DNA of 60,124 nt from Planctomycetota bacterium (GCA_038213805.1 JBBQSO010000028.1:1-60124), one strand, 5' to 3'; shown: positions 43,003-52,268, counted from the first letter of the stretch. Translations and numbers: made by a program. The notes: generated by a model from the sequence alone, not told the origin.

Positions 43003-44046
43003 ATGACCGATCTCGTCGAACAGGTACGCAACGCTCTCGCCACGGTGCAGGATCCGGACCTGCACCAGGACCTGGTCGCCCTCAACATGATCCGCGAGAT
43101 CAGCGTGGTCGAGGGCGTGGCGCGCTTCCAACTGGTGCTGACCACCGGCGCCTGCCCGGTGAAGCAGCAGCTCGAGGACCAGTGCCGCGCGGCGGCCTGC
43201 GCGGTCCCGGGGGTCGCGAGCGCGGAGATCGCGGTCAGCGCCGAAGTACCAAAGCGTTCAGCGCGCGCCGAGGTGCTGCCCGGGGTGCGCCACCTGATCG
43301 GCGTCGGCTCAGGCAAGGGCGGCGTGGGCAAGAGCACGGTCACGGTCAACCTTGCCTGCGCGCTGGCGGCGACGGGCGCGCGCGTCGGCCTGCTCGACGC
43401 CGACATCTATGGCCCCTCGGTGCCGCTGATGATGGGCATCAACAAGCAGCCCTACGTCATCGACAAGAAGATGGTGCCGCTCGAGCGCCATGGGGTGAAG
43501 ATCATCTCGATGGGCTTCCTGCTCGAGGCCAAGCAGGCGGTCATGCTGCGCGGACCGATGGTCGGCAAGGCGGTCGAGCAGCTGGTCACCGACGTGCGCT
43601 GGGGCGAGCTCGACTATTTGCTCATCGACCTGCCGCCGGGTACCGGCGACGTGCAGATGAGTCTGGCCCAGACCGTGCCGCTGGCCGGGGTGGTGGTGGT
43701 TTCGACGCCACAGGCGGTGGCCTTGGCCGATGCGCGGCGCAGCGTGGCGATGTTTGACAAGCTCAACATCGCGATCTTCGGCATCGTCGAGAACATGAGC
43801 GAGTTCGTCTGCCCGAGCTGCGGCCACGTCGAGGCGATCTTCGGTTCCGGCGGGGTCGAGAAAGAGGCCCTTGAGCTTGAGGTGCCCTTCCTTGGCCGCA
43901 TCCCGCTCGAACCGGGCGTGCGCATCGCCGGCGACGACGGCACCCCGGTGGTGCTCGCTGCTCCGCACAGCCGGAGCGCGGCGGCCTTCACCACGCTGGC
44001 GGGGAAGGTGGCGCAGCAGGCGAGCATCTATGCATTGGAGGGGTAG
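43003..44046 (+). CDS. mrp: Mrp/ApbC (NBP35-family) Fe-S cluster carrier ATPase
   Basis: N-terminal DUF59 (DPDL..LTTGACP), SGKGGVGKST, DADIYGPS, DLPPGTGD and ENMS..CPSC motifs. Confidence 0.94.
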   Translation: MTDLVEQVRNALATVQDPDLHQDLVALNMIREISVVEGVARFQLVLTTGACPVKQQLEDQCRAAACAVPGVASAEIAVSAEVPKRSARAEVLPGVRHLIGVGSGKGGVGKSTVTVNLACALAATGARVGLLDADIYGPSVPLMMGINKQPYVIDKKMVPLERHGVKIISMGFLLEAKQAVMLRGPMVGKAVEQLVTDVRWGELDYLLIDLPPGTGDVQMSLAQTVPLAGVVVVSTPQAVALADARRSVAMFDKLNIAIFGIVENMSEFVCPSCGHVEAIFGSGGVEKEALELEVPFLGRIPLEPGVRIAGDDGTPVVLAAPHSRSAAAFTTLAGKVAQQASIYALEG

Positions 44047-44219
44047 GCGAGGCCTGTGACCCGAGCAGCGGGACGGAAGCTGCGGGAAACAATGGGAAGC
44101 GGCTCAGCGCGTGGGGTTGCAGCACCACTGGTGGCGGCGAGTGACGGCGGTTGGGAACTGGGTGGCCAGATGTTGCGCGATGCAACGAAATGGCGCCAGA
44201 CAGACAGGCGATGGCGAGC

Positions 44220-44247
44220 TTGACGATCGCGCATGCGCCTTCATAGT
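44220..44247 (+). promoter_or_regulatory. Putative sigma70-type promoter in a long intergenic region
   Basis: TTGACG-16 nt-CATAGT in a lower-GC stretch about 390 nt upstream of the next confident start codon. Confidence 0.5.
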
Positions 44248-44560
44248 GAAGGATTGGTGCAGAGTGATCGTTCATAGGCGTTAAGTGTTATCCGTTTACG
44301 GTCTGCGGCAGAAAGCCGTCCCCACGCTTCCGTAGGCGTCCACGCGCCGCGCGCGAAACCATGACGCCCGGGCCCCGGATACACGCGGCAGGACCCGCGC
44401 ATCCGCCTGCGCGCCAGCTCAGCGGGCGCGAGAAAACCGCGCACTTATCCGTAATTTCCTCACATCCTGCGCTGAGAATACAACCTTGCTTAGGGCGCTT
44501 TCGCCATACGCGGGCGCCCGCCGTGCGGTGCGCGGGCCGGCATGCTGCTCGGTAGAGCAT

Positions 44561-44599
44561 CAAGGTCATGCTTGACCTTGTCTTGTGATCCTCCATAAG
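44561..44599 (+). promoter_or_regulatory. Palindromic operator overlapping a putative -35
   Basis: CAAGGTCA-tgct-TGACCTTG (44561-44580) contains TTGACC, followed 16 nt later by CATAAG; GGAGG RBS at 44628-44632. Confidence 0.55.
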
Positions 44600-44637
44600 T
44601 CGGGACAAGCGCCGCTAGTCCGGCAATGGAGGTTGTT

Positions 44638-45198
44638 ATGACATCATATCCCTGTCCGGGATGCAGCTCGTGCCTGGATCGCGGCAAGACCACCTGCCTG
44701 TGGTGCGGCGCGAAGCTCACGCAGGGGCGCCTGCCGTCCGAGCGCGAGCGCTACGAGACCTCGCCCGAGGCCCGCCAGGCGCGGTTGCAGGCGATCGAGG
44801 AGGCGCGCCGCGATCCGGACGACATCGATCGCCGCGTCTGTGCGGCCATTTCCGAGCATCTCAAGGCGCTTGACGAGTTTACCCACGATTATCTCGTCCA
44901 GTTCACCGGCTTGAACGCCTGCGCGGTGAAGCACGCCCTGATCCGGCTTTCCAAGCGCGGTCTGGTGCAGATCACCGGCCAGGTGCGGATCCGCTCCAAC
45001 CGCTTCCGCGAGAAGTGGCAGGTGCTGCTGCCCATCCTCCAGATCGTCCCCATTCCGATCCCCGGTCCCGGTACGGTGCGCATCCAGCGTCATGCCAACC
45101 GCGCCACATCGCTGGTCCCAGCAACCACACCGTCCGAGAGCGATGACGCGCTGGCGGCCGAGGCGATTGAGCAGGAGGCGGACGATTCCGGATGGTGA
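44638..45198 (+). CDS. Hypothetical protein with an N-terminal zinc ribbon and a winged-HTH-like domain
   Basis: CPGC...CLWC ribbon; FTHDYLVQFTGLNACAVKHALIRLSKRGLVQITG resembles a wHTH; strong RBS. Confidence 0.7.
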   Translation: MTSYPCPGCSSCLDRGKTTCLWCGAKLTQGRLPSERERYETSPEARQARLQAIEEARRDPDDIDRRVCAAISEHLKALDEFTHDYLVQFTGLNACAVKHALIRLSKRGLVQITGQVRIRSNRFREKWQVLLPILQIVPIPIPGPGTVRIQRHANRATSLVPATTPSESDDALAAEAIEQEADDSGW

Positions 45199-45332
45199 TG
45201 GCGTCGAGAGGGGATGCCTGAGGGTCTTCGCCCGCTTCTGGTGAGCAGAACGGCAGGCACAGTCGTCAGCCGCCGGGGGTGGCAGCCACCACGCTTGTGA
45301 AGCATACGCGAGACGCCCAACCGGTCGTGCGT

Positions 45333-46871
45333 CTACGCCAGCAGTCCTGCGCTCTGCGCCGCCAGGATCCTCCCCGCCTGCTCCAACAGCAGTTTTTTGC
45401 GCCCCTGCGCCAGCTTGCGGAAGACGCGCATCAGACGCTGCTCCTCGTCGGCGACGCGTTCCGCCTCGCTGGGCGCGCTTTGGCGGGCGAAACTCTCGCG
45501 GTCTATACTGAGCAGCCGGCGCAAGCGCTCGCGTCCGTCGGGGCGCAGCTCGCAGGTCCCCTCGCGCAACAGGCGCTCGATCTCGCGGCGCGGCACGCCG
45601 GTGCGCTGGGCGATCACCGCGAGCGGCACGCGCTGGCGACGCACCAGCTGCAGCAGGGCCTCCTGCACGCCGGTCACCGGCACGATGCCGTCGAGCTGGT
45701 GGTGGCGCGGCTTGAAGGTGGTGGCCAGGGCGCGGGAGGCGGTGTCGTACGCGACGCGGTCGAGGCGCAGCGCGCGCATCAGCTCGCTGCGCACCTCCTC
45801 GCGGCGCGGCACCACGCCACCGTCAAGCAGGCCGCGCAGCGCCTCGCGGCTGAGGCCGTGCCCCTCGCCCCACGCGTAGGGCGTGACGCCAGCGCGCGTC
45901 GCGGCGTCGAAGACCAGCTGGCGAAGCGGCGCGAGCGGGCGATCGCTGCGCACGCGGGCGCCGCTCGCCTGGCGGTGCAGGTGCTGCGCGTAGAGCGCCT
46001 GTTCCCACTCGCCGTCGCTGCAGCGCAGTTCGCGGTAGAGCGCGTCCAGCGCGCGTTCGTCGCCACAGCGCCCGGCGATGATGCCCCGCACCACGCGCGG
46101 CTCCAGGCCAAGGCGGCGCGCGAGATGCGCCGTCGTCAGCCCATGCAGGAAGCAATGGCGGATGAGCAGATGGGTAAGCGTGCCCGCGCTGATCGGCAGC
46201 GCACGCCACGAGCGCGCAAGCAGGCCGGCCAGGCGTTCGCGCGAGAGGCGCAGCAACGGCGCAAGGCGCGGCGCAAGGCGCGGATCGATTCCGGCCGGCA
46301 CCACGCCCTCGGCGAGCAGCGCGATGGTGCGTGGGCTGGTGCCGGCGGCGCGCGCCAGCGCGGCACGGCTGAGGTCCTCGCGCGCCAGGGCCTCGCCCAG
46401 CACCTGGACCAGTTCCGCATCGCCCGCCTGCGGCAGGCGGCCCCGGCGCAGCGGATCGCCCGGCGCCACGCCCAGGCGATCGAGCAGCGGCCCGCGCCGC
46501 AGCCGCGGGCCGGGCAGACCGCGGCCGAGCGCGACCTGCAGGCTGCGCACGCCCACGCCCAGTTCCGTGGCGAGCGCCGCGAGGGTCAGCGGCTTGGCCA
46601 CCAGCAGCCGCCACATCCGTCCCGCGAACGAGGTCCTGGCTTCGAGCGGCGATTGCCGGGCCAGGCCCGGCGCCACGGCCTCGGCCCATTCCGCCGCCGA
46701 GCGGCCGATGGCGCGACCCACCGCATGCAGGGCCGGCGGATCCGGCGGATAGTCGCCGGCCAGCAGCTGATGGACGATGGCAAAGGGCAGGGCCTCGCGC
46801 CGCGCGAAATCGACGGGCGTGATGTGGCGTTCGCGCAGCGAGCGTTCGAGCAGTTCGCGCGGCAGGATCAT
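45333..46871 (-). CDS. Protein with about six tandem XRE/Cro-C1-like HTH domains
   Basis: Recurring HTH patterns at ~75-85 aa spacing, e.g. LTLAALATELGVG, LSRAALARAAGTSPRTI, LTTAHLARRLGLEPRVV, VPLAVIAQRTGVPRREI; C-terminal helical EEQRLMRVFRKL segment. Confidence 0.75.
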   Translation of the reverse strand: MILPRELLERSLRERHITPVDFARREALPFAIVHQLLAGDYPPDPPALHAVGRAIGRSAAEWAEAVAPGLARQSPLEARTSFAGRMWRLLVAKPLTLAALATELGVGVRSLQVALGRGLPGPRLRRGPLLDRLGVAPGDPLRRGRLPQAGDAELVQVLGEALAREDLSRAALARAAGTSPRTIALLAEGVVPAGIDPRLAPRLAPLLRLSRERLAGLLARSWRALPISAGTLTHLLIRHCFLHGLTTAHLARRLGLEPRVVRGIIAGRCGDERALDALYRELRCSDGEWEQALYAQHLHRQASGARVRSDRPLAPLRQLVFDAATRAGVTPYAWGEGHGLSREALRGLLDGGVVPRREEVRSELMRALRLDRVAYDTASRALATTFKPRHHQLDGIVPVTGVQEALLQLVRRQRVPLAVIAQRTGVPRREIERLLREGTCELRPDGRERLRRLLSIDRESFARQSAPSEAERVADEEQRLMRVFRKLAQGRKKLLLEQAGRILAAQSAGLLA

Positions 46872-46889
46872 GGGGCGGGCTTCGCCCGC

Positions 46890-47165
46890 GTCCGGAAGTC
46901 CGGAAGTCCGGAAGTCCGGAAGTCGGGCCATCGACGCCAGCGGTTTGCTCCCCGGTGCAGGGATCCGAGCCGGGCGCCGAACGCGGCTGTGGATGCGGCC
47001 CGAATGGCGGAATGCGCGCGGCGAGGCGGTAGTGGCGAAGCCCGCGTCAAGCTCCCGACGGCCGGCGCAGCCCGGCGCGCGCCGGGCGCCAGGAACTGCG
47101 ACCTTGCCCAGGGCACGGCGGCCGGCCGTCGACGTCCGGACTTCCGGACTTCCGGACTTCCGGAC
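46890..47165. repeat. 276-bp element with 36-bp terminal inverted repeats built from TCCGGAAG octamers
   Basis: (TCCGGAAG)x4 at 46891-46922 and CGTCCGGA(CTTCCGGA)x3 at 47133-47164; arms 46890-46925 and 47130-47165 differ at one position. Confidence 0.93.
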
Positions 47166-47229
47166 ATCTCTCTCCCGCCAGGTTGCCGCATCCTGGAAAG
47201 GGATATCGTGATTCCGAAGACAGGGAAAC

Positions 47230-47967
47230 ATGGACGATCTGCTCGATCTGCGCAGTGATCTGGTGGCGCTCGCCGTCGCCGATCCGGAGGCCCTCGCTGA
47301 CATCCTCGTCGGCCTGGTCGGCGACCACCCGCAGTTGCGGCCGATGCTCGCCCACCTGGTCGACCGCCAGTGCCCGAGCCGACTGCATTTGAACACCCAT
47401 CCGCCCCTCCCCCCACCCTCGCCTACGCTGCTGGCGGCGGTGCGCGCGCAGCTTTTGACCATCAAGGCCCGCACCACCATCCGCTATCGCACGCCCTGCG
47501 TCTGCGGCGGGGTCGTCGCCGAACTCGGCGTGCGCAAGGGCGACGAGGCGGCGCTGCTCGGCGGCGTGCTGGTCGGCATCGCGCCCCTGGCCGCGATGAT
47601 CGCAGCGATGGGCGGCGGCGACGTCCCTGCCGCCCTCGCCCTGCTCGCCCACGCCGTGGCCGAGCAGCTCGGTGGGCCCGTGACGCGCCGTTCCCTGGCC
47701 ATCAACCACAATCCCAAACCCGCTCAGGAGACGCCGCCGCGCCAGGCCGCACTGCGCGACCCCGACGATGCCCACCACACCTGCCTGCTGCTGGTGGCCA
47801 GTTATTGGCCCCCCGCGAGCGATCTGCCGCGCCGCCGCCATGAACGCAACGATGCCTTCCTGATGCGCATCCTCGCCGAACTGCGCCGCTGCGCCGGCCC
47901 CGCCGATCCCACGGCCCTTGCCGCCTTGGACCATGTCCGCCGCGCATTCCCGCAGTTCATGGAATAG
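47230..47967 (+). CDS. Hypothetical protein
   Basis: 245-aa ORF with host codon usage and an AGGGA RBS-like sequence; divergent from the multi-HTH gene; no family recognised. Confidence 0.7.
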   Translation: MDDLLDLRSDLVALAVADPEALADILVGLVGDHPQLRPMLAHLVDRQCPSRLHLNTHPPLPPPSPTLLAAVRAQLLTIKARTTIRYRTPCVCGGVVAELGVRKGDEAALLGGVLVGIAPLAAMIAAMGGGDVPAALALLAHAVAEQLGGPVTRRSLAINHNPKPAQETPPRQAALRDPDDAHHTCLLLVASYWPPASDLPRRRHERNDAFLMRILAELRRCAGPADPTALAALDHVRRAFPQFME

Positions 47968-48036
47968 GTGACCAGGTTTTCACCGCATCCCCCGCCCGCC
48001 CTTGCCCCCGGCCCTGCCAGCGTAGACTCCCGCCCC

Positions 48037-48378
48037 ATGCCGCTCCTCCCCCGGCGGGTTTCCCAGGGTCTGTCCACGGGTTTCGCCGCCATGCTCGCAG
48101 TGCTGCTCTCGGCCATTGGCGGCTTCCGCCAGGGGTTCGACCGCACCGTGCGCGATGACGGGGACGAGGACCGGCCGGCAGTGGTCTGCCGCTGGGCCGA
48201 GGCGCCGAACCGGTATGCGGACGCCCCATGCAACGCCCGGAGCGTGGTGCAGGGATCCGCTCTGCCCTGCCCGCCAGCCAGTCATGGCCGGCCACCGGCC
48301 GAGGCCGCGCCTGCGGCCGTGACCGTCCCGGCACCGGGACCGCGCCTGGGCGCGGCCAACGGGCCGCGCGCGCCCTGA
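48037..48378 (+). CDS. Small hypothetical protein upstream of yajC
   Basis: ATG 8 nt after a TAGACT -10-like hexamer; N-terminal hydrophobic segment; Pro/Ala-rich tail. Confidence 0.4.
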   Translation: MPLLPRRVSQGLSTGFAAMLAVLLSAIGGFRQGFDRTVRDDGDEDRPAVVCRWAEAPNRYADAPCNARSVVQGSALPCPPASHGRPPAEAAPAAVTVPAPGPRLGAANGPRAP

Positions 48379-48463
48379 CGCGCCCTGACGCGCGCTGTCG
48401 ACCCGCCCCTCATTCCAAAACAACCCGCGTCCGCCCGTGGCGGACCTGTGCGAAAGAATCGTC

Positions 48464-48931
48464 ATGCAGTCCGTCGTCATCCGCCTCGCTTCCGTCGGCC
48501 TCCTGGCCGGCGCCGCCACCGTCTCCTACGCGGCGCAGGGCGCCCCGGAAGCGGAGCCGGCCACCGCTCCCGCCCAGACCTCCGGCACGACCGGCGGCGC
48601 CGGAAATGGCGCCGGTGGCGCCGCCGGGCAACAGGGCGGCATGTCGCCGATGATCATCATGGTCATCGGCGTGGCCCTGCTCTTCCTGTTCATGAACCGC
48701 TCGAACAAGAAGGAGCAGCGCAAGCGCGACGAACTGCTCACCGCGATGAAGACCGGCCACAAGGTCGTGACCATCGGCGGCCTGCACGGCGAGATCGCCG
48801 CGGTCGGCGAGACCACCGTCGACGTGCGCGTCGGCGAGCCCGGATCAGTGCTCACCTTCAACAAGACCGCGATCGCCACGAACGTGACCTTGATCGCCGC
48901 GAACGCCGCGGCCGCCGCCCCGACCAAGTGA
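48464..48931 (+). CDS. yajC: Preprotein translocase subunit YajC
   Basis: TM helix followed by GHKVVTIGGLHGEI and F.K.AI; directly upstream of secDF. Confidence 0.92.
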   Translation: MQSVVIRLASVGLLAGAATVSYAAQGAPEAEPATAPAQTSGTTGGAGNGAGGAAGQQGGMSPMIIMVIGVALLFLFMNRSNKKEQRKRDELLTAMKTGHKVVTIGGLHGEIAAVGETTVDVRVGEPGSVLTFNKTAIATNVTLIAANAAAAAPTK

Positions 48932-49016
48932 ACGCGCTGCGCGGCTGGCGCCGCCTGTAGGCCGCCAGCTGCCGTCCGCGCATCCGTCCCATCGCGCCCC
49001 GCCCTGAAAGGGAGCC

Positions 49017-52000
49017 ATGCTCCGCCGCCTGATGCTGTTCCTCGTGGTGATCGCCATCACCTTCGGCCTGCTCTTCGTCCAGAACAAGGTGATGGTCGGC
49101 GAGCAGGAGCTGCAAGCCACCCTCCACCAGGTGGAGCGCCCGGGCGAGCTCGGCCGCACCTACGCCGTGGTCTTCACCGACCTCGCCGGCAATCCGCTCG
49201 ACGCCACCCAGGCCGAGCAGGACGCGGTGGTGCGCCGCCTCGCCCCCACCACCCGCTTCGCGGGCGTCAAACTGCAGAAGATCCACCTGGTCGAGAACGA
49301 CCACAATCTCGAGTTCACCGTCGATCAGAGCGTCGACGACCTGACCCTGCGCCAGCGCATGCAGGGCATCCCCTTCAAGCGCGCCGCCGAGTCGCGCGAC
49401 CTGTTCCACGTCACCAAGGGCATCGACCTGCGCGGTGGCGTCGAGTTTATCTGCCAGCTGCGCAACGACAGCTTCCAGCGCGTCGCCGCCGACGACGAGG
49501 TCATGAAGGTGCTGCGCGAGCGTCTCGACGTGCGCGGCCTGACCGAGCCGGTGGTGGCCAAGCTGTCCAACGGCGACATCCAGGTGGTCATCCCGGGCGG
49601 CACCACCGCCGACGCGGCGCGCACGCGCAAGGTCCTCGAGGACACCGGCCGCCTCGAGTTCCGCGAGCTGATCAAGGAGTTCGACGGCGTGCGCCTCGAC
49701 GATCCCGAGTCGCCGGTGGTGCGCCGCGAGGACGGCAGCTACACCTTCGCGCCGAACACCCCGCACCAGCGCAGCCACCAGATTTTCCCCAAGCGCAGCG
49801 AGCCGGGCCTGGCGCCGACCACCTTCTACCAGCTCGCCAAGCCCGAGATCACCGGCCGCGACATCAAGTCGGCCAGCCAGGTGCTGAACCAGGGCGAGCC
49901 GGTGGTGGCGATCTCCTTCACCGCCACCGGCGGCACCCGCAACGAGGCCTTCACCCAGCGCCTGAAGTCCAGCCATGACAAGGACCAGAACTCCTACACC
50001 GGCCGCTTCGGCATCGTCTACGACGGTTCGGTGGTGTCCGCGCCGATCGTGATCCAGCCCACGCGCGACTCCTGCATCATCGAAGGCAAGTTCACCGAGG
50101 ACGAGCTCGAGCGCCTGCAGACCGCGCTCAAGGCCGGCTCGCTGACCGTCACCCCCGAGGTGCTCAGCGAGCGCGACGTCGGCGCGACCCTCGGCATCGA
50201 GACCGTCAATCGCGCGATGCTTGCCATGCTCGCCTCGTTCGCGCTGATTATCGCCTTCATGGCCTGGTACTACAAGCGCCTCGGCATGGTCGCCAACCTC
50301 TGTCTGTTCGTCACCGCCTTCCTGGTGCTCGCCACGCTGTCGATCTTCAGCGCCACCATCACCCTGCCCGGCTTGGCCGGCCTGGTGCTGACCATCGGCA
50401 TGGCGGTCGACACCAACATCCTGGTCTTCGAGCGTATCCGCGAGGAGCTGCGCGAGAACAAGGGCCTGCCCTTCGCGATCGAGCGTGGCTACGGCCGTGC
50501 CTTCTGGACCATCTTCGACGCCCATCTCACGACCTTCATCACCGCGCTGATCCTCTACTGGGTCGGCTCGGGCCCGGTCAAGGGCTTCGGTCTGTCGCTG
50601 ATGATCGGCATCGTCATCAACCTCTACAGCGGCATCTTCGTGGGCCGCCTGCTCACCGACTGGCTGTGCAAGGGCCGCGAGACCGTGGCGATGGCCTCGT
50701 GGATCCCCGCGCTGCGCCTGCCTTACGTGCGCATGCGCCACATCGGCTATGCCTTCTCGATCCTCACCGGCTTGTTCGGCGCGGCGTGGTTCGCCTTCGG
50801 CCACAGCGTCACCGGCGGCGGCTTCGAGCGTAACTTCGACATCGACTTCACCGGTGGCAACATGGTGCAGGTGATCTTCAAGGAGCCCACCACCCTCGAC
50901 GAGATCGACAAGCGCATCGCGTCGCTGCGCGCCGCCGGCGCCACGCGCGAAGACACCGCGCTGCTTGAGGACCTGCGCATCCAGTCCTATGTCGCAAGCG
51001 TCGGTGCGGACAGCCGGAGCAGCCGCCAGTGGGTGTTCCGCGGCCGTGACGAGGTCGGCTCGCGCTACGAGGCCGAACGCGACGCCAAGGAGCAGGAGCG
51101 CAACGCGCTCCAGCGCCAGTCCGAAGAGCAGCGGGGCCTGCTGCCGCCCAACGAGACCGAGGCGCGCCGCATCGACAAGCTGGTCGAGGCCAAGGCGGCC
51201 GAGGTCAAGGACGTGCAGACGCGCATCGCCGCGCGCACCGAGGCCTTCAAGAACGAGATCGCCGCCGCCTTCCCGGGCCTGCTCGCCGCCGAGGGCGACG
51301 AGGTGCTGTCCGCGAGCTGGAAGGACGCGACCCTGACCATCGGCCTGGCCACGCTCGAGACCCCGAACGCCAACCAAGCGAGCGGGCTCGGCGAGGCCCT
51401 CGCCCACCGCACCGAGTTGAGCGCGGCCACCGCCCGCCCGCTGCCCGCGCCGACGCCCGGCGTCGAGGTCACCGCGACCTGGCGCCAGGCGCCGGGAGCG
51501 CTGGCCAAGGCCGAGCTGAGCGACAAGGTCCTGACCCGGCTCGAGGCGCTCTTCACCCAGGCCGGTGCGACCCCCGAGTTGGCGCGCGGCCAGGCCAACG
51601 CCGCCTTCACCCTGCTCAATGGCATTGCCGCGCAGGCAGCGAAGGAACGTCTGACGGTGGCCAGGCCCTACCCGTCGAGCGAGCACTTCTCCGGCCAGGT
51701 CGCTGGGCAGATGAAGGTGCGCGCGCTGGTCGCGGTGGCGCTCAGCCTGATCGCCATCCTCGCCTACGTCGCCGCACGCTTCGAGTTCCGCTTCGGCATC
51801 GGCGCGGTGGTCGCGCTGTTCCACGACGTGGTGCTGACGGTCGGCCTGCTCTCGCTGTTCGGCCTGCGCATCGACCTCAACGTCATCGCCGCGCTGCTGA
51901 CCATCATCGGCTTCTCGATCAACGACACCATCGTCACCTTCGATCGTATCCGCGAGAACCTGCCCAAGCTCGGCAAGTCCCTGGCCGAGGTCATCGACAT

Positions 52001-52268
52001 CTCGATCGCCCAGACCATGTCCCGGACGGTGCTGACCTCGGGCACGGTGATCGCGACGGTGGCGATCCTCTACATCTTTGGTGGCGACGCCCTGCGCCCG
52101 TTCACCGCGACGCTGCTCATCGGCTTCACCCTGGGCACCTACTCGTCGGTGTTCGTGGCCGCGCCGCTGCTGCTGACCTTCAAGGCCAAGGCCCTGCCGA
52201 CGCCGGTGCCGGTCGATCCCCATTTCGTCGAGGGCGATGGGCCCGTGGTCGAGGCCACCCAAGGCTGA
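49017..52268 (+). CDS. secDF: Fused protein-export membrane protein SecDF
   Basis: GIDLRGG, GATLG, TLPGLAGLVLTIGMAVDTNILVFERIREE (SecD) followed by IDFTGG, FHDV and GFSINDTIVTFDRIRE (SecF). Confidence 0.96.
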   Translation: MLRRLMLFLVVIAITFGLLFVQNKVMVGEQELQATLHQVERPGELGRTYAVVFTDLAGNPLDATQAEQDAVVRRLAPTTRFAGVKLQKIHLVENDHNLEFTVDQSVDDLTLRQRMQGIPFKRAAESRDLFHVTKGIDLRGGVEFICQLRNDSFQRVAADDEVMKVLRERLDVRGLTEPVVAKLSNGDIQVVIPGGTTADAARTRKVLEDTGRLEFRELIKEFDGVRLDDPESPVVRREDGSYTFAPNTPHQRSHQIFPKRSEPGLAPTTFYQLAKPEITGRDIKSASQVLNQGEPVVAISFTATGGTRNEAFTQRLKSSHDKDQNSYTGRFGIVYDGSVVSAPIVIQPTRDSCIIEGKFTEDELERLQTALKAGSLTVTPEVLSERDVGATLGIETVNRAMLAMLASFALIIAFMAWYYKRLGMVANLCLFVTAFLVLATLSIFSATITLPGLAGLVLTIGMAVDTNILVFERIREELRENKGLPFAIERGYGRAFWTIFDAHLTTFITALILYWVGSGPVKGFGLSLMIGIVINLYSGIFVGRLLTDWLCKGRETVAMASWIPALRLPYVRMRHIGYAFSILTGLFGAAWFAFGHSVTGGGFERNFDIDFTGGNMVQVIFKEPTTLDEIDKRIASLRAAGATREDTALLEDLRIQSYVASVGADSRSSRQWVFRGRDEVGSRYEAERDAKEQERNALQRQSEEQRGLLPPNETEARRIDKLVEAKAAEVKDVQTRIAARTEAFKNEIAAAFPGLLAAEGDEVLSASWKDATLTIGLATLETPNANQASGLGEALAHRTELSAATARPLPAPTPGVEVTATWRQAPGALAKAELSDKVLTRLEALFTQAGATPELARGQANAAFTLLNGIAAQAAKERLTVARPYPSSEHFSGQVAGQMKVRALVAVALSLIAILAYVAARFEFRFGIGAVVALFHDVVLTVGLLSLFGLRIDLNVIAALLTIIGFSINDTIVTFDRIRENLPKLGKSLAEVIDISIAQTMSRTVLTSGTVIATVAILYIFGGDALRPFTATLLIGFTLGTYSSVFVAAPLLLTFKAKALPTPVPVDPHFVEGDGPVVEATQG

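Noticed and set aside
44060..44125. Possible cyclic-di-GMP-I riboswitch (GGGACGGAAGCTGCGGG)
   Set aside because: The upstream GGCAAA/GNRA tetraloop stem and a convincing second stem are missing; only an Infernal search could rescue it.
44286..44455. DnaA boxes or a replication origin (TTATCCGT twice)
   Set aside because: They deviate from TTATCCACA, there are only two copies, and there is no AT-rich unwinding element or dnaA/dnaN context.
46890..47165. Classical MITE or IS element
   Set aside because: No target-site duplication is visible and there is no transposase in the window; kept only as an inverted-repeat element.
46872..47480. N-terminal extension of the multi-HTH ORF to 715 aa
   Set aside because: The extension translates the octamer repeats (VRKSGSPE/PDFRTSGL) and overlaps the divergent gene; the ATG at 46871 coincides with the first HTH unit.
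48371..48393. 10-bp direct repeat CGCCCTGACG x2
   Set aside because: Only two copies in GC-rich DNA, likely a local slippage duplication.
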